A stretch of 64,000 nucleotides of DNA from Dehalococcoidia bacterium (GTDB lineage: Bacteria > Chloroflexota > Dehalococcoidia > Lucifugimonadales > UBA1123): NCBI GenBank assembly GCA_963666185.1, contig OY762634.1, positions 3,395,284 to 3,459,283 on the forward strand, read 5' to 3'. Shown one piece after another: positions 34,563 to 44,352 of the stretch. The first letter of the stretch is position 1; each line of letters starts with the position of its first letter. The notes beneath the pieces were generated by a model. That model saw only the letters and a list, made by a program, of their open reading frames with translations. It was not told the origin of the DNA and did not search any database. Made by a program: the position numbers and the translations under genes.

Positions 34563-37529
34563 CTACTGAAATTTTAGCGATGCGCGGGATTGCGCGTCAA
34601 TTCCATTCCGGGGATTTTCGGAGTCTGAGGATGCGCTTCGGCTATCGGGGCTTGGGTGGGTGTGGCGGAAGGGCGCGAACGACCTGATCTTCCGCGTCAT
34701 GGGGCGGGACGGGGTCACAGGCACCATCCAGGACACGGGAGCGCTTTCGCCCTCCGCTTCGTCGTCGTCAATCAGATCTACGGTTATGTCCAGGGTCGCG
34801 GCGGGACCGTCATCTACGTCGTGAACCATGACAGAGACGCTGGCCGCGCCGGAGCCTGACGCGCCAGAGCCGGGGGCCACCTTGTCTATGGTAGCCATCC
34901 AGAAACTGCCGCTGAATGTGTGGGTGATAGTAGCGGAACGGCTGGAATTCACGTTGTCGTCCACTCCGGTTACGGTGACGTTCTGCGGGACATTGTAGTT
35001 ATCTTTGGTGAAAGTCATCGTCGAGGGCGATACCGAAGCTACGCTTGAGTCGGAACTCGATATTGTGACAGTCACGCTGCCGGAAGGCTTGGCGGCGAGC
35101 GCGACGGAATACGTCTGGGATCCCCCGTTCTCGGCAACCGACAACATAGATTCACCGAAGTAGGATTCGGGCCGGATAATTATCCAACCAAACTGGCTTT
35201 CACCCTCGTAATCGCCTCCTTTCGCTATATGATCAATCTTGAACAACACTCCCAACCTGTCGTGTGGGCCAGTGAAATGTCCTACCTTGATTTCAACATC
35301 CTGCTCAGAACTCCAATTGGAGTCGTTGAAGGCGAGGCTTTTCTTGTCGAATGTGAATGAGATAGGCTGAGTTGACGTATCGGGGAGGGTGGAGATATTT
35401 ACCGTCGCGGGCGCGCTGGGCGCGCTCTTCAGTTTGACCGAATAACTTTCAGTCGCGCCCTCTTTCGTGTCTATTTGCCCGTTCAGGACCGCGATTCCGC
35501 GAGTGTCGTCGTCCTTTATCGTTCCTGTCGAGAAGTTTTGTCCGGGTATGGTGAAGGTTCCCCTTCTCTTGAGAACCGTGAACCTGAACTTCTCATCGTC
35601 CTCGTCCAGAGAGTCGTTAGCGATTGGCACGTAGAATGTCTTTTTAGTCTCGCCGACGTTGAACACCTCTGTTCCACCCACGCTGGTGTAGTCACCCGAT
35701 TTGGCGCTGTTGTCGGACGTGTAGTAGATGAACATCTCGCTGACATGGCTGGGATGCGAGAGGTTAACCGTGAACGTAATGCCGCCCGCGTCCTCATTGG
35801 CCGCTCCGCCAACTATTGACAACTCAGGTGGGGTATGCGGGATTGGAGTGAATGTCGGCGTAGGGGTAGGCGTGAGCGTAGCGGTTGGTGTTGGTGTATG
35901 GGTGGGGGTTGGCGTGTGAGTAGCCGTTGGCGTGAGGGTTGGTGTCGGCGTGGGCGTAGCGGTAGCCGTTGGAGTCGGGGTATATGTGGGCGTTGGTGTC
36001 GGAGTGACAGTAGGCGTGGGAGTGTGGGTAGCGGTAGGCGTAGGCGTCGGGGTGACAGTCGGGGTTGGTGTCACGGTCGGCGTAGGCGTGACGGTGGGAG
36101 TGTAAGTCGGCGTTGGCGTCAGAGTCGGCGTCGGCGTGACAGTGGGCGTGTAGGTAGGTGTCGGCGTCGGAGTTCCGTCCAAGGTCCTGAACTGGACTCT
36201 TACGAACTTCGACAGGTGGCCCATACCGGTGTCCGCGTACTCGATGTACAGAGTGTAGTCCGTGCTGCGTCGAAGGGATTTGCTTCCCGCGCTCAGAATG
36301 TCTTTGCCGCCATCGTTTTGGGTGGGCGCGGCGCCGGATATCCGAGTGTGCGTTTCCCGCCAGTGAATGCCTTTCGTGTATGCGCTGTCTTCGTCGCACG
36401 ACGGCTTCTTTCCTATGCAGATCCCGGCCCTTATATAGTCGCGATGGATATTGACCCAGTTAAATTTCACAGCCGCGTCTGTGACCGAGGTCACCATCAC
36501 TCTGGGCGCGTTTGGGTCAGGCGTGGGCGTTGGTGTTGGTGTTTTCGTGGGGGCAGGTATCGGCGTCCTCGTGGGCGTCGGTGTATCAGTCGGGGTAGGT
36601 TGGACGCAACCACTCCACGAGCCATCCGAGCTATGCTTGTGATATGAGTATCCTCGCCCGCTGTGTGAATGAGTTTCGCAGTAGGAGTGATTGTGCGGTG
36701 TTGGCGTGTAGGTCGGCGTAGGTGTGTCGTTTGGTGCGGGCGTGTAGGTCGGCGTGGGCGTAGGCGTATCGGTCGGCACAGGCGTGTGGGTTGGTCCTAT
36801 GCACACTCTAACCGCTGGCTTAAGCCAATCGGATATGAGCTCTCTACCCTGCCTTCTTTCAATACTTCTGATGGTGAAATAATAGCAACGGCCATTGATC
36901 AAGTCGTCGATCGTCACTGAAGTACCACTAGTTACATCTATAACGACTGACTTCAGTTCATTATTCTCAGACCATATGTATGCTACTTGGTACTTCTCTG
37001 CCTCTGTCACGTCATCCCAGTCAAGCTCTACACTCCCGTTGTCAGGGATAAAGGTGACAATAAAATTAAAGGGCGGTCCGTACGGTCCTTTGTCCGCCCA
37101 TGTATGAACGAAAGGGGACCAGGCAGACGTGACCTTCACTCCATTCGTGACATTTACGCTTCTTACATGGTGGGTGTACTTTACACCACTGATCATCCCG
37201 CGCACCTGCGCCGAAGAGCCTGAGAATGCTATCGTGAATGAGGTGCCGTGGCTATCTGTGAATGGCAGCGTTTTCATTCCAGGGGAATTGCCGAATCCGT
37301 CCAATTGCCGAACTTCATATCCAGTTGCCTCTGACACACCTTCCCAGTCAAGGTCTATGCCGCCAGTGGCAGTGGTTCCGGTGAAGTCTGTAGGAACCGG
37401 AAGGGTTTCCGCAGATTCGCCGGATGTGGTTACCGGCATAATCACAGGGGGGTTGGAGTAGAATTGGATGAGGTAGAGTTGGACTCGGCCCCCAACGAGT
37501 CGAGTAAGTCCATGAATTCCTCTGACCAA
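34563..37529 (-). CDS. large secreted/surface protein: FN3 domains, Pro/Thr linkers, Calx-beta domains (5' end frameshifted from its signal anchor)
   Basis: N-terminal FN3-like units ([34 protein letters not shown]) are followed by a TPTPT linker of about 117 aa. Calx-beta-like units follow ([41 protein letters not shown]). No signal peptide is encoded in this frame. Confidence 0.75.
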   Translation of the reverse strand: MVRGIHGLTRLVGGRVQLYLIQFYSNPPVIMPVTTSGESAETLPVPTDFTGTTATGGIDLDWEGVSEATGYEVRQLDGFGNSPGMKTLPFTDSHGTSFTIAFSGSSAQVRGMISGVKYTHHVRSVNVTNGVKVTSAWSPFVHTWADKGPYGPPFNFIVTFIPDNGSVELDWDDVTEAEKYQVAYIWSENNELKSVVIDVTSGTSVTIDDLINGRCYYFTIRSIERRQGRELISDWLKPAVRVCIGPTHTPVPTDTPTPTPTYTPAPNDTPTPTYTPTPHNHSYCETHSHSGRGYSYHKHSSDGSWSGCVQPTPTDTPTPTRTPIPAPTKTPTPTPTPDPNAPRVMVTSVTDAAVKFNWVNIHRDYIRAGICIGKKPSCDEDSAYTKGIHWRETHTRISGAAPTQNDGGKDILSAGSKSLRRSTDYTLYIEYADTGMGHLSKFVRVQFRTLDGTPTPTPTYTPTVTPTPTLTPTPTYTPTVTPTPTVTPTPTVTPTPTPTATHTPTPTVTPTPTPTYTPTPTATATPTPTPTLTPTATHTPTPTHTPTPTATLTPTPTPTFTPIPHTPPELSIVGGAANEDAGGITFTVNLSHPSHVSEMFIYYTSDNSAKSGDYTSVGGTEVFNVGETKKTFYVPIANDSLDEDDEKFRFTVLKRRGTFTIPGQNFSTGTIKDDDTRGIAVLNGQIDTKEGATESYSVKLKSAPSAPATVNISTLPDTSTQPISFTFDKKSLAFNDSNWSSEQDVEIKVGHFTGPHDRLGVLFKIDHIAKGGDYEGESQFGWIIIRPESYFGESMLSVAENGGSQTYSVALAAKPSGSVTVTISSSDSSVASVSPSTMTFTKDNYNVPQNVTVTGVDDNVNSSRSATITHTFSGSFWMATIDKVAPGSGASGSGAASVSVMVHDVDDGPAATLDITVDLIDDDEAEGESAPVSWMVPVTPSRPMTRKIRSFAPFRHTHPSPDSRSASSDSENPRNGIDAQSRASLKFQ
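35826..36176 (-). repeat. low-complexity coding repeat (Thr-Pro linker)
   Basis: Degenerate GGNGTNGG periodicity on the plus strand encodes TPTPTxTPT. Shorter runs occur at about 36500-36600 and 36690-36790. Confidence 0.85.
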
Positions 37530-37639
37530 TCAGACTCGCCATCCCCCGTGGCGTCTGTTTCCTGAGCGCTATTCAGATACGTGGCCAAGATGAAGACCAT
37601 TATCAGGACGAGGGTTGCCAGTAACGCAAATTTTCTCAA
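37442..37639 (-). CDS. signal-anchor fragment of the large surface protein (separate frame)
   Basis: [27 protein letters not shown] looks like a signal peptide or anchor. This ORF ends at a C6 run (plus-strand G6 at 37447-37452) and overlaps the 5' end of the main ORF. Confidence 0.6.
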   Translation of the reverse strand: MRKFALLATLVLIMVFILATYLNSAQETDATGDGESDWSEEFMDLLDSLGAESNSTSSNSTPTPL

Positions 37640-37751
37640 TTTCCACTCCCATGTGTATCAGTAGGCTTAGGTTAACATATTTCACTGAAAAGTGTTAGTA
37701 TTATGTTTACGTGAGTATATCATCAGTTTTCTTCCAAGTGTGTGTAAGGGA

Positions 37752-40700
37752 ATGAGTGACTCTTGTGAGGTTGAGGAATTGAGGATCGCTCGAAGAACCC
37801 TGTTAGCCCTCATCATGGGTATGGTCGTCTTGTTGGCAGCCGTATCGCCACAGGCCGGGTACGCCGAGTCGGGCGAAGAGGGCGAGAAGGACTCGTTCTA
37901 TCTACTTATCCACGCGCTGAGGTATGCGGAGGAGAAGAGTCTGTTCAACGACGACGGCCACCTTACATCCCTGACCGAATCACTGACTGAATGGTTTGCA
38001 ACCGAGGCTGTCAATCCTAACGCTCCCGTATCCGCTGAGCAGACCAGGGACAGGGAAACTCTGCTACTACAAATAGAATACCACCCTCCCAGATCGGCGC
38101 TCATAGAAACTCTACTCTATCTCCGAAAATATGACTTATTGAACCCCCATCTCAGCGAAGTGATAGCGGACGGGTACATCGAGAGGATAGCCGAACTGAC
38201 CGGCGACACCCCGGAAGATCTCAGAGAATTGCTGACCGGGCGGATAGCTCTGGAGATGAGCGACAGAGCCGCTCTGGTGGCTCTGTACAATGCCACCGAC
38301 GGAGATAACTGGGCGGACAATACGAACTGGCTGAGCGACCTTCCAATTCATCGCTGGTACGGCATAAATGCCTATGACGGACGGGTTCTCTCTCTGAATC
38401 TCAATGATAACGGGTTGAGCGGGAAGATTCCGCGGGAAATGGGTAGTCTGTCTGAGTTGCGTTATCTGAATCTCAGTCTTAATGATCTAAATGGACAAAT
38501 ACCAATCGAAGTTAGCAATCTCCCCAACCTGCAAGAAGTAGCACTTTGGGGAAATAGATTTACGGGGTGCGTGCCCGGCAGTTTGTATTACTTGTGGTTC
38601 AGCGCCACTCCCGCCGCATCTAGCGACAATCCCTTCCTCTACTGGTTTGACGACCTTTACAAACTCGATTTGCCCAGCTGTGGGCAGACGAAGGAACTAT
38701 CGACGCTGTATGAGGCGACGGATGGCGCTAACTGGACAGACAACACGAACTGGATGAGCGACAGGCCAATTGGCGAATGGCATGGCGTAACCACTGACAA
38801 CCGTTCCAATGTCATCAAGCTGGAACTTGACGACAATAACCTGAACGGACGAATACCGCCTGAACTCGGCGGTATCTCGCTGCTGAAATATCTTTCTCTG
38901 TCCGGCAATCAATTGAGCGGAGACATACCACCTGAACTCGGCGACCTATCCGAACTCGGGTCTCTTAACCTATTTGGAAATCGGCTGAGCGAAGAGATAC
39001 CGCCTGAACTCGGCAAGTTGTCCAACCTGAAGTCCCTGTCACTGGGCGGAAACCGGCTCGGCGGCTGCATACCGGAGGGTCTGAGCCATGTCCCAAGAAT
39101 TGACATATCCGCGCTCGGCGTTCCGTTCTGCGGGTCGGGGTCCGGCGCTCCCTTGCCGTCCCTCGCGCTCGCGGCCTTCTCTCCGTCTCCCACAAGGATG
39201 AACCTGTTCTGGGTGAATAACTTGGAGGCCGAGTCGGTTACTATATACCGGAACGGAGCTCCGGTGGCCACTCCTACCCTCGACCTGTTCCATTACACGG
39301 ACAGCGGCCTGATTCCTAACGTGCGCTACGAGTATCGAATAGGGGCGATTCTGGCGGACGACTCCGTGGAAGTCCTTGATGAATACAGCGCGGCAACTAT
39401 GGCGCTCCCGCCCGGTATGGTTGAAGTTGTGGACGTGAACGAGAGCGGATTTACACTGGTGATAGCGGACAACCCCAATCCGCCGGGAACCGAGTACAGG
39501 GGCGTTCTAACCGAATCAATTACATCAAGGGAATACAAAGCCGTCTCAGACTGGAGCGTGTCCAAATGCGTAATCTTCGAGGGTCTAGAACCTGATGTTG
39601 GATACTATCCAAGGGCGGTCGCCAGAAATCTGGACGGTATAGAGAGCGAGCCCGGCAGTTGGATATACGACGATTACGACAATTGGCCAGTTCAGACCCA
39701 ACCCGGCAGCGATGACCCCTGGGCCATATACAAGATAAACGAGGCCGCCGACCTCTATGGACTGACGGAAGCGGGCCGGCAGTGGATGCTGTCGGATATT
39801 CGCGTCAAGTATTATAGAAACGAGCCGGGATACGCGGGCTACTCTCCCCGCGAAGCCGTCGCGGGCGTCGGCAACGCCCGTCCGGGATCCGTCGCGCACG
39901 AGATCATGCACGGATACACTCATCACTGGACGGGCTTTCCCCTGCCCTGCGACGTTATGAACGCGCACACCTTTAAGCGGGACGTGGCGCGATTCATTCT
40001 AGACTTCAGGAACTACGACCTGACTGGACAGCCGAATCCGCTGGAGGATTGGCGTCCGTTCTATAATTCGCTCATCAGAGACCTGGAACAACCACACCTG
40101 TACGGGGAGGACTTATGGAAACTCCTCCAACAGGGAGACTACCGTGAACTTGACGCAATCTATCACTTCACGGACACCGATATACCCTCTACGACAGCCG
40201 GGAAGATGTCTTTGATTCCGCCAACGCTGCGCCCTCAATTCCAGGGCTTTCTGGTGGACGATTCGGATGCCGCCACATGGCGCGATGAGCTCTACTGGTA
40301 CAGCAGTCTTCCGCCCCAGGAAAGACGGCTGTGGGACACCGGCTATAACTATCATGGCGTATTAAACTTCTCTCCCCAGTACGCCACGCCGCGGTCCGCG
40401 ACGCGGACGAACATTCCAGCCGAGAAACTAGAACTGCTGAGAAAGGCGGACCGCCGGATTCTGGTTGACTTCATCAACACGCTGGAGGATATTTCGTGCA
40501 ACACGGAAGACCCGTGCAAGGAACTCTGGCGCGCGGATTTCGATTTCTGGACGGGCTATGTTCGTCAGAATCTGTACCGCGCCCGTCTCTACCTAGAGGA
40601 ACTGAGCGCGGACACTGGGATAGAACTCGCGCCCGCGAACCTGGACGCGGTGAGGGGCATATTGCGGGCTATGGTGGCCGAGGTGTCCTGCGGCTCCGCC

Positions 40701-40913
40701 AGGCCCTCGTACCTTCGCGGGTATATCAACTCGGCGACGGGCGTCTCGGAGCTTCAGAGGAACGCCCTGCTGGCGATGGTGGATGTACTGGAACGGGATC
40801 CCGACTGGTATCTGCCGTGCGGGTCGGAGGCGGCGCTGGCGGAGGCGTGGCCGGTCGCTCCCCACCGGATTCATCACCATGACCATCGCGCGCCGGACAG
40901 GTGGAGGGAGTGA
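37752..40913 (+). CDS. secreted LRR (plant-type, two modules) - FN3 - HExxH-domain protein
   Basis: The signal-like segment RRTLLALIMGMVVLLAAVSPQAGYA is present. The 24-residue LRRs read LxLxxNxLxGxIPxELGxL, each module with an NWxDNTNW...W.G cap. FN3-like units follow. HEIMH is encoded at 39897-39911. The start is uncertain: GTG 37692, ATG 37752 or an internal TTG. Confidence 0.75.
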   Translation: MSDSCEVEELRIARRTLLALIMGMVVLLAAVSPQAGYAESGEEGEKDSFYLLIHALRYAEEKSLFNDDGHLTSLTESLTEWFATEAVNPNAPVSAEQTRDRETLLLQIEYHPPRSALIETLLYLRKYDLLNPHLSEVIADGYIERIAELTGDTPEDLRELLTGRIALEMSDRAALVALYNATDGDNWADNTNWLSDLPIHRWYGINAYDGRVLSLNLNDNGLSGKIPREMGSLSELRYLNLSLNDLNGQIPIEVSNLPNLQEVALWGNRFTGCVPGSLYYLWFSATPAASSDNPFLYWFDDLYKLDLPSCGQTKELSTLYEATDGANWTDNTNWMSDRPIGEWHGVTTDNRSNVIKLELDDNNLNGRIPPELGGISLLKYLSLSGNQLSGDIPPELGDLSELGSLNLFGNRLSEEIPPELGKLSNLKSLSLGGNRLGGCIPEGLSHVPRIDISALGVPFCGSGSGAPLPSLALAAFSPSPTRMNLFWVNNLEAESVTIYRNGAPVATPTLDLFHYTDSGLIPNVRYEYRIGAILADDSVEVLDEYSAATMALPPGMVEVVDVNESGFTLVIADNPNPPGTEYRGVLTESITSREYKAVSDWSVSKCVIFEGLEPDVGYYPRAVARNLDGIESEPGSWIYDDYDNWPVQTQPGSDDPWAIYKINEAADLYGLTEAGRQWMLSDIRVKYYRNEPGYAGYSPREAVAGVGNARPGSVAHEIMHGYTHHWTGFPLPCDVMNAHTFKRDVARFILDFRNYDLTGQPNPLEDWRPFYNSLIRDLEQPHLYGEDLWKLLQQGDYRELDAIYHFTDTDIPSTTAGKMSLIPPTLRPQFQGFLVDDSDAATWRDELYWYSSLPPQERRLWDTGYNYHGVLNFSPQYATPRSATRTNIPAEKLELLRKADRRILVDFINTLEDISCNTEDPCKELWRADFDFWTGYVRQNLYRARLYLEELSADTGIELAPANLDAVRGILRAMVAEVSCGSARPSYLRGYINSATGVSELQRNALLAMVDVLERDPDWYLPCGSEAALAEAWPVAPHRIHHHDHRAPDRWRE

Positions 40914-41009
40914 TTTTAACCAACCCGCAACGGAGCCAACAAGCCCCTGTCGGCGGGCGGTTGTCAATCAGGGCGATTGACAGTATCATACGATACGGAG
41001 GAGCCAGGC

Positions 41010-41537
41010 ATGGACGCTTTGGACGGCAACACCATTACCACCATCATCGCTATATTGGCCGTATCGCTCGGGCTGTACTACTTTCAGTCGAAACAACTCG
41101 CGGCCGCGGAGAAGAGGCTGCGCGACGAAATATATGACATACGCGGCGAAATATCTGACATACGCGGCGAAATTACGGCCTCGGAAACCCTGTTGCGCCG
41201 CGAAATCGAGGCGTCAGAGAACCGGCTGCGCGACGAAATCGAGGCTGCCGAGACACGGCTGCGAGACGAAATCAAGGCGTCAGAGAACCGGCTGCGCGAC
41301 GAAATCGAGGCTGCCGAGACACGGCTGCGAGACGAAATCAAGGCGTCAGAGAACCGGCTGCGCGACGAAATCAGGGCTGTTGACATCCGGCTTGACAAAA
41401 GCGTAGAGGCTACCAACCGACGCATTGATGAAACCAACGCCGAGATAAGAATACTCATCAACGACGTCGGCGTAATCAAAGGCGCTCTCGGCGTTTCTAC
41501 CCAGAGCCGCGAGAGAGAGCCGGTAAGCGCAGAATAA
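41010..41537 (+). CDS. membrane-anchored coiled-coil protein with 11-residue repeats
   Basis: One TM helix (ITTIIAILAVSLGLYYF) is followed by E(N/T)RLRDEI(E/K)A(A/S) repeats. ATG 41010 lies 6 nt after ACGGAGGAG. Confidence 0.7.
   Translation: MDALDGNTITTIIAILAVSLGLYYFQSKQLAAAEKRLRDEIYDIRGEISDIRGEITASETLLRREIEASENRLRDEIEAAETRLRDEIKASENRLRDEIEAAETRLRDEIKASENRLRDEIRAVDIRLDKSVEATNRRIDETNAEIRILINDVGVIKGALGVSTQSREREPVSAE
41211..41372 (+). repeat. 66-bp tandem repeat, about 2.5 copies, within the coiled-coil gene
   Basis: Units start at 41211, 41277 and 41343. The first two are identical on reading. Confidence 0.85.
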
Positions 41538-41732
41538 AACCGCCGCCTAAAAAACCTTCCCCCTCCACGCGCCAAGGCCAGACCCGGGGGCGCCCCCATC
41601 CCACCCCTTCTCACAACCAATCTCCTCTACACGGCCGCGCCCCTTTTTACCCAACTTCCGCGATTGACAATTCACAGCCGATAATCCAAAATGACAATCG
41701 AAAACCGACAACCAGACGAGGGATACAAGACC

Positions 41733-42665
41733 ATGGCGGACGATATGAGAATCGCGGTAATCGGGCAGGCGGCCTTCGGCAAGGATGTGCTGGCCGCTCT
41801 CGCGGATAATTCCGAAAATATAGTGGGCGTGTTCTGTCCGCCTGACCGGGAGGGCAGGCCCGCCGATCCCATCAAGCAGGAAGCCGATGGGCGAGGAATA
41901 CCCGTCTTCCAGTTCAGGCGCATGAGGCGCAAGCGCGCGATTGACGCCTTCCTCGAACTGAACGCCGACCTGTGCGTCATGGCCTTCGTAACGGACATCG
42001 TGCCGCACGAGATCCTGGAAGCGCCCACGCATGGAACGATTCAGTACCACCCTTCCCTGCTGCCCAAGCACCGCGGGCCAAGCTCGATGAACTGGCCTAT
42101 CATCTGGGGAGAGACGAAGACGGGGCTGACCGTCTTCTGGCCGGACAAGGGACTAGACACCGGCCCCGTCCTTCTCCAGAAGGAAGTGGAGATAACCCCG
42201 GACGATACGCTGGGGTCGCTCTACTTCGGCAAGCTGTACCAGATGGGGGTGGACGCCATGGTGGAGTCGGTTCAACTCGTGAAGGACGGAAACGCGCCCA
42301 GGATAGCGCAGGATGACTCAGAGGCGACCTACGAGGGATGGTGCAATCCGGCGGACGTCGTTATAGACTGGGGAAAGAGCGTTGACGAAATCTACAACAT
42401 GGTCAGGGGCGGCGACCCCAGTCCTGGCGCGAACACGACGCTGAACGGCTCGGCGGTGGCGTTCTTCAGGGCGTCTAAGGTCGAAGGCGATACGGGCAAG
42501 GCGGCGGGCGAGGTAGTGGAAGTGGACGACAGCGGATTCACGATAGCCGCGAACGGCGGCGCTGTGCGGGTAGGCCGCGTTCAGGCCCAGGGACAGCGCA
42601 AGGCAATGGCTCCCGAGTGGACTGAGAGCGTCGGCCTGAATCCCGGAGACAGGTTCGGCACGTAG
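41733..42665 (+). CDS. formyltransferase family protein (Fmt / 10-formyl-THF dehydrogenase N-domain-like)
   Basis: MRIAVIGQAAFG, YHPSLLPKHRG, GLDTGPVLLQ and ATYEG. The start is ATG 41733 or 41745. Confidence 0.8.
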   Translation: MADDMRIAVIGQAAFGKDVLAALADNSENIVGVFCPPDREGRPADPIKQEADGRGIPVFQFRRMRRKRAIDAFLELNADLCVMAFVTDIVPHEILEAPTHGTIQYHPSLLPKHRGPSSMNWPIIWGETKTGLTVFWPDKGLDTGPVLLQKEVEITPDDTLGSLYFGKLYQMGVDAMVESVQLVKDGNAPRIAQDDSEATYEGWCNPADVVIDWGKSVDEIYNMVRGGDPSPGANTTLNGSAVAFFRASKVEGDTGKAAGEVVEVDDSGFTIAANGGAVRVGRVQAQGQRKAMAPEWTESVGLNPGDRFGT

Positions 42666-42693
42666 TAAGAATATCCCCGCCGAGGTTTGGATA

Positions 42694-44325
42694 ATGCGAA
42701 GTCGTGAGAATCATCTGGCCGGTATAGTCCGACGCCTGACCGGAGTGGGTCAGGCGTCCGAAGAGCAGATCAAGGAAGACGCCGAACTTCTGGCGAACCG
42801 GCTGTCGTCGTTCCCGGAACACAACCCCAACCCCGTCGTGGAGGTTGACCTGGACGGGAACGTAACTTTTATGAATCCGGCCGCCGAGGTGTATGTATCA
42901 GAAACCGAGCCCGGCCACCCGCTCGCCCAGGGCATTGGCCCCCTGCTGGGCAGGCTGCTGAGGGAGGACGCGGGTTTCGCCACGCGCGAGATAACCTTCC
43001 AGGAATCCACTTTCGAGCAGAAGATAGTCTATATCCCAGAAGACCTGGCCATACGCATCTATTCGAGCGACATATCCCGTCTGAGAGCCGCCCACGAATC
43101 CCTGCGCTCCGCCGGAGACGACGCGCGCGAGTTGGCCCGCGAGAACGAAATACTGGGCGAAATCGGGCGGGTCATCAGCTCCAGCCTGGATATAAACGAG
43201 GTTTACGTAGGCTTCGCCAACCAGGTGAGAAGGCTGATTCAGTTCGACAGGCTGTCCATCAGCCTGGTGAACCTGGACGACAACACCTTCACGAACGCCT
43301 ACATAATGGGCCAGGACGTGGGCGGGCGGCAGGTTGGCGACGTCATATCCCTGGAAGGCACGGTGACCAGCGAGGCGGTTCGCTCGCGGCGGTCTATGGT
43401 CATACAGGGCGACCCGATGGACCTAAAGGAGCGATACCCCAACCTGCTCGGCTTCCCGTCCATAGCGCTGGCGCCGCTCATCTATCGCCGCCAGCTTTTC
43501 GGGGTGCTAAACGCGCGCTCTTCCCACGTGAACGCCTATACCGAGCGGGACGCCGAAATCCTCTCCCGCGTGGCGTCCCAGATAACGCCCGCGATAGCCA
43601 ACTCGCTGCTGTACGCTGACATAATTCGGACCCAGGGCGACCTGGCGCGCTCCAACTCCGACCTGGAGCAGTTCGCTTACGCCGCCTCTCACGACCTCCA
43701 GGAGCCGCTGAGAACCATCACCGCCTACCTGGGGCTGGTCAAGGACAGGTACGCCGGCGACCTCGACGACACCGCGCAGGAATTCATCGAGTTCGCGGTG
43801 GACGGCGCGGAGCGCATGAGAACGCTCATCAACGACCTGCTTGAGTACTCCCGCGTAAACGTCCAGGAGAGGCCGCTGGAATCGGTTAGCTGCGACGACG
43901 CGCTGAACGCCGCCATGAGAAGCCTGACCGAGGCGATTCGGCTGAACAAGGCGGTGGTCCAGGCCTCGCCGCTGCCCGTCGTGCGCGGCGACGAGTCCCA
44001 GCTTCACAGGCTGTTCCAGAACCTGATGAGCAACGCGCTGAAGTTCCGTGGCGACAGGAACCCGAAGATACGGATATGGGCGGAGCTTCACGGCGACGAG
44101 TGGATATTCGCGGTGCAGGACAACGGGATTGGGATAGCGCCCGAATACCAGGAAAAGGTGTTCGCGATGTTCTCCAGACTTCACTCCCGATCACAGTATG
44201 AAGGTACTGGTGTAGGTCTTGCCTTGTGTAGTAAGATTGCCCAACGCCACGGAGGGCGTATCTGGGTTGATTCGGATGTCGGCAAGGGAGCGACTTTCCG
44301 CTTCAACATCCCGGTAGTTGGATAA
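42694..44325 (+). CDS. PAS/GAF sensor histidine kinase
   Basis: The H-box reads FAYAASHDLQEPLRTI. The N-box NALKF and the G-boxes DNGIGI and GTGVGLAL are present. Confidence 0.9.
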   Translation: MRSRENHLAGIVRRLTGVGQASEEQIKEDAELLANRLSSFPEHNPNPVVEVDLDGNVTFMNPAAEVYVSETEPGHPLAQGIGPLLGRLLREDAGFATREITFQESTFEQKIVYIPEDLAIRIYSSDISRLRAAHESLRSAGDDARELARENEILGEIGRVISSSLDINEVYVGFANQVRRLIQFDRLSISLVNLDDNTFTNAYIMGQDVGGRQVGDVISLEGTVTSEAVRSRRSMVIQGDPMDLKERYPNLLGFPSIALAPLIYRRQLFGVLNARSSHVNAYTERDAEILSRVASQITPAIANSLLYADIIRTQGDLARSNSDLEQFAYAASHDLQEPLRTITAYLGLVKDRYAGDLDDTAQEFIEFAVDGAERMRTLINDLLEYSRVNVQERPLESVSCDDALNAAMRSLTEAIRLNKAVVQASPLPVVRGDESQLHRLFQNLMSNALKFRGDRNPKIRIWAELHGDEWIFAVQDNGIGIAPEYQEKVFAMFSRLHSRSQYEGTGVGLALCSKIAQRHGGRIWVDSDVGKGATFRFNIPVVG

Positions 44326-44352
44326 CGAATCCCACCGTAGGAGGTGATGCCC

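Noticed and set aside
35826-36176. Highly periodic DNA that could be mistaken for a CRISPR array or a non-coding tandem repeat
   Set aside because: The periodicity is 6-9 nt and degenerate, with no spacer-repeat structure. It lies in frame inside a long ORF and encodes a Thr-Pro linker.
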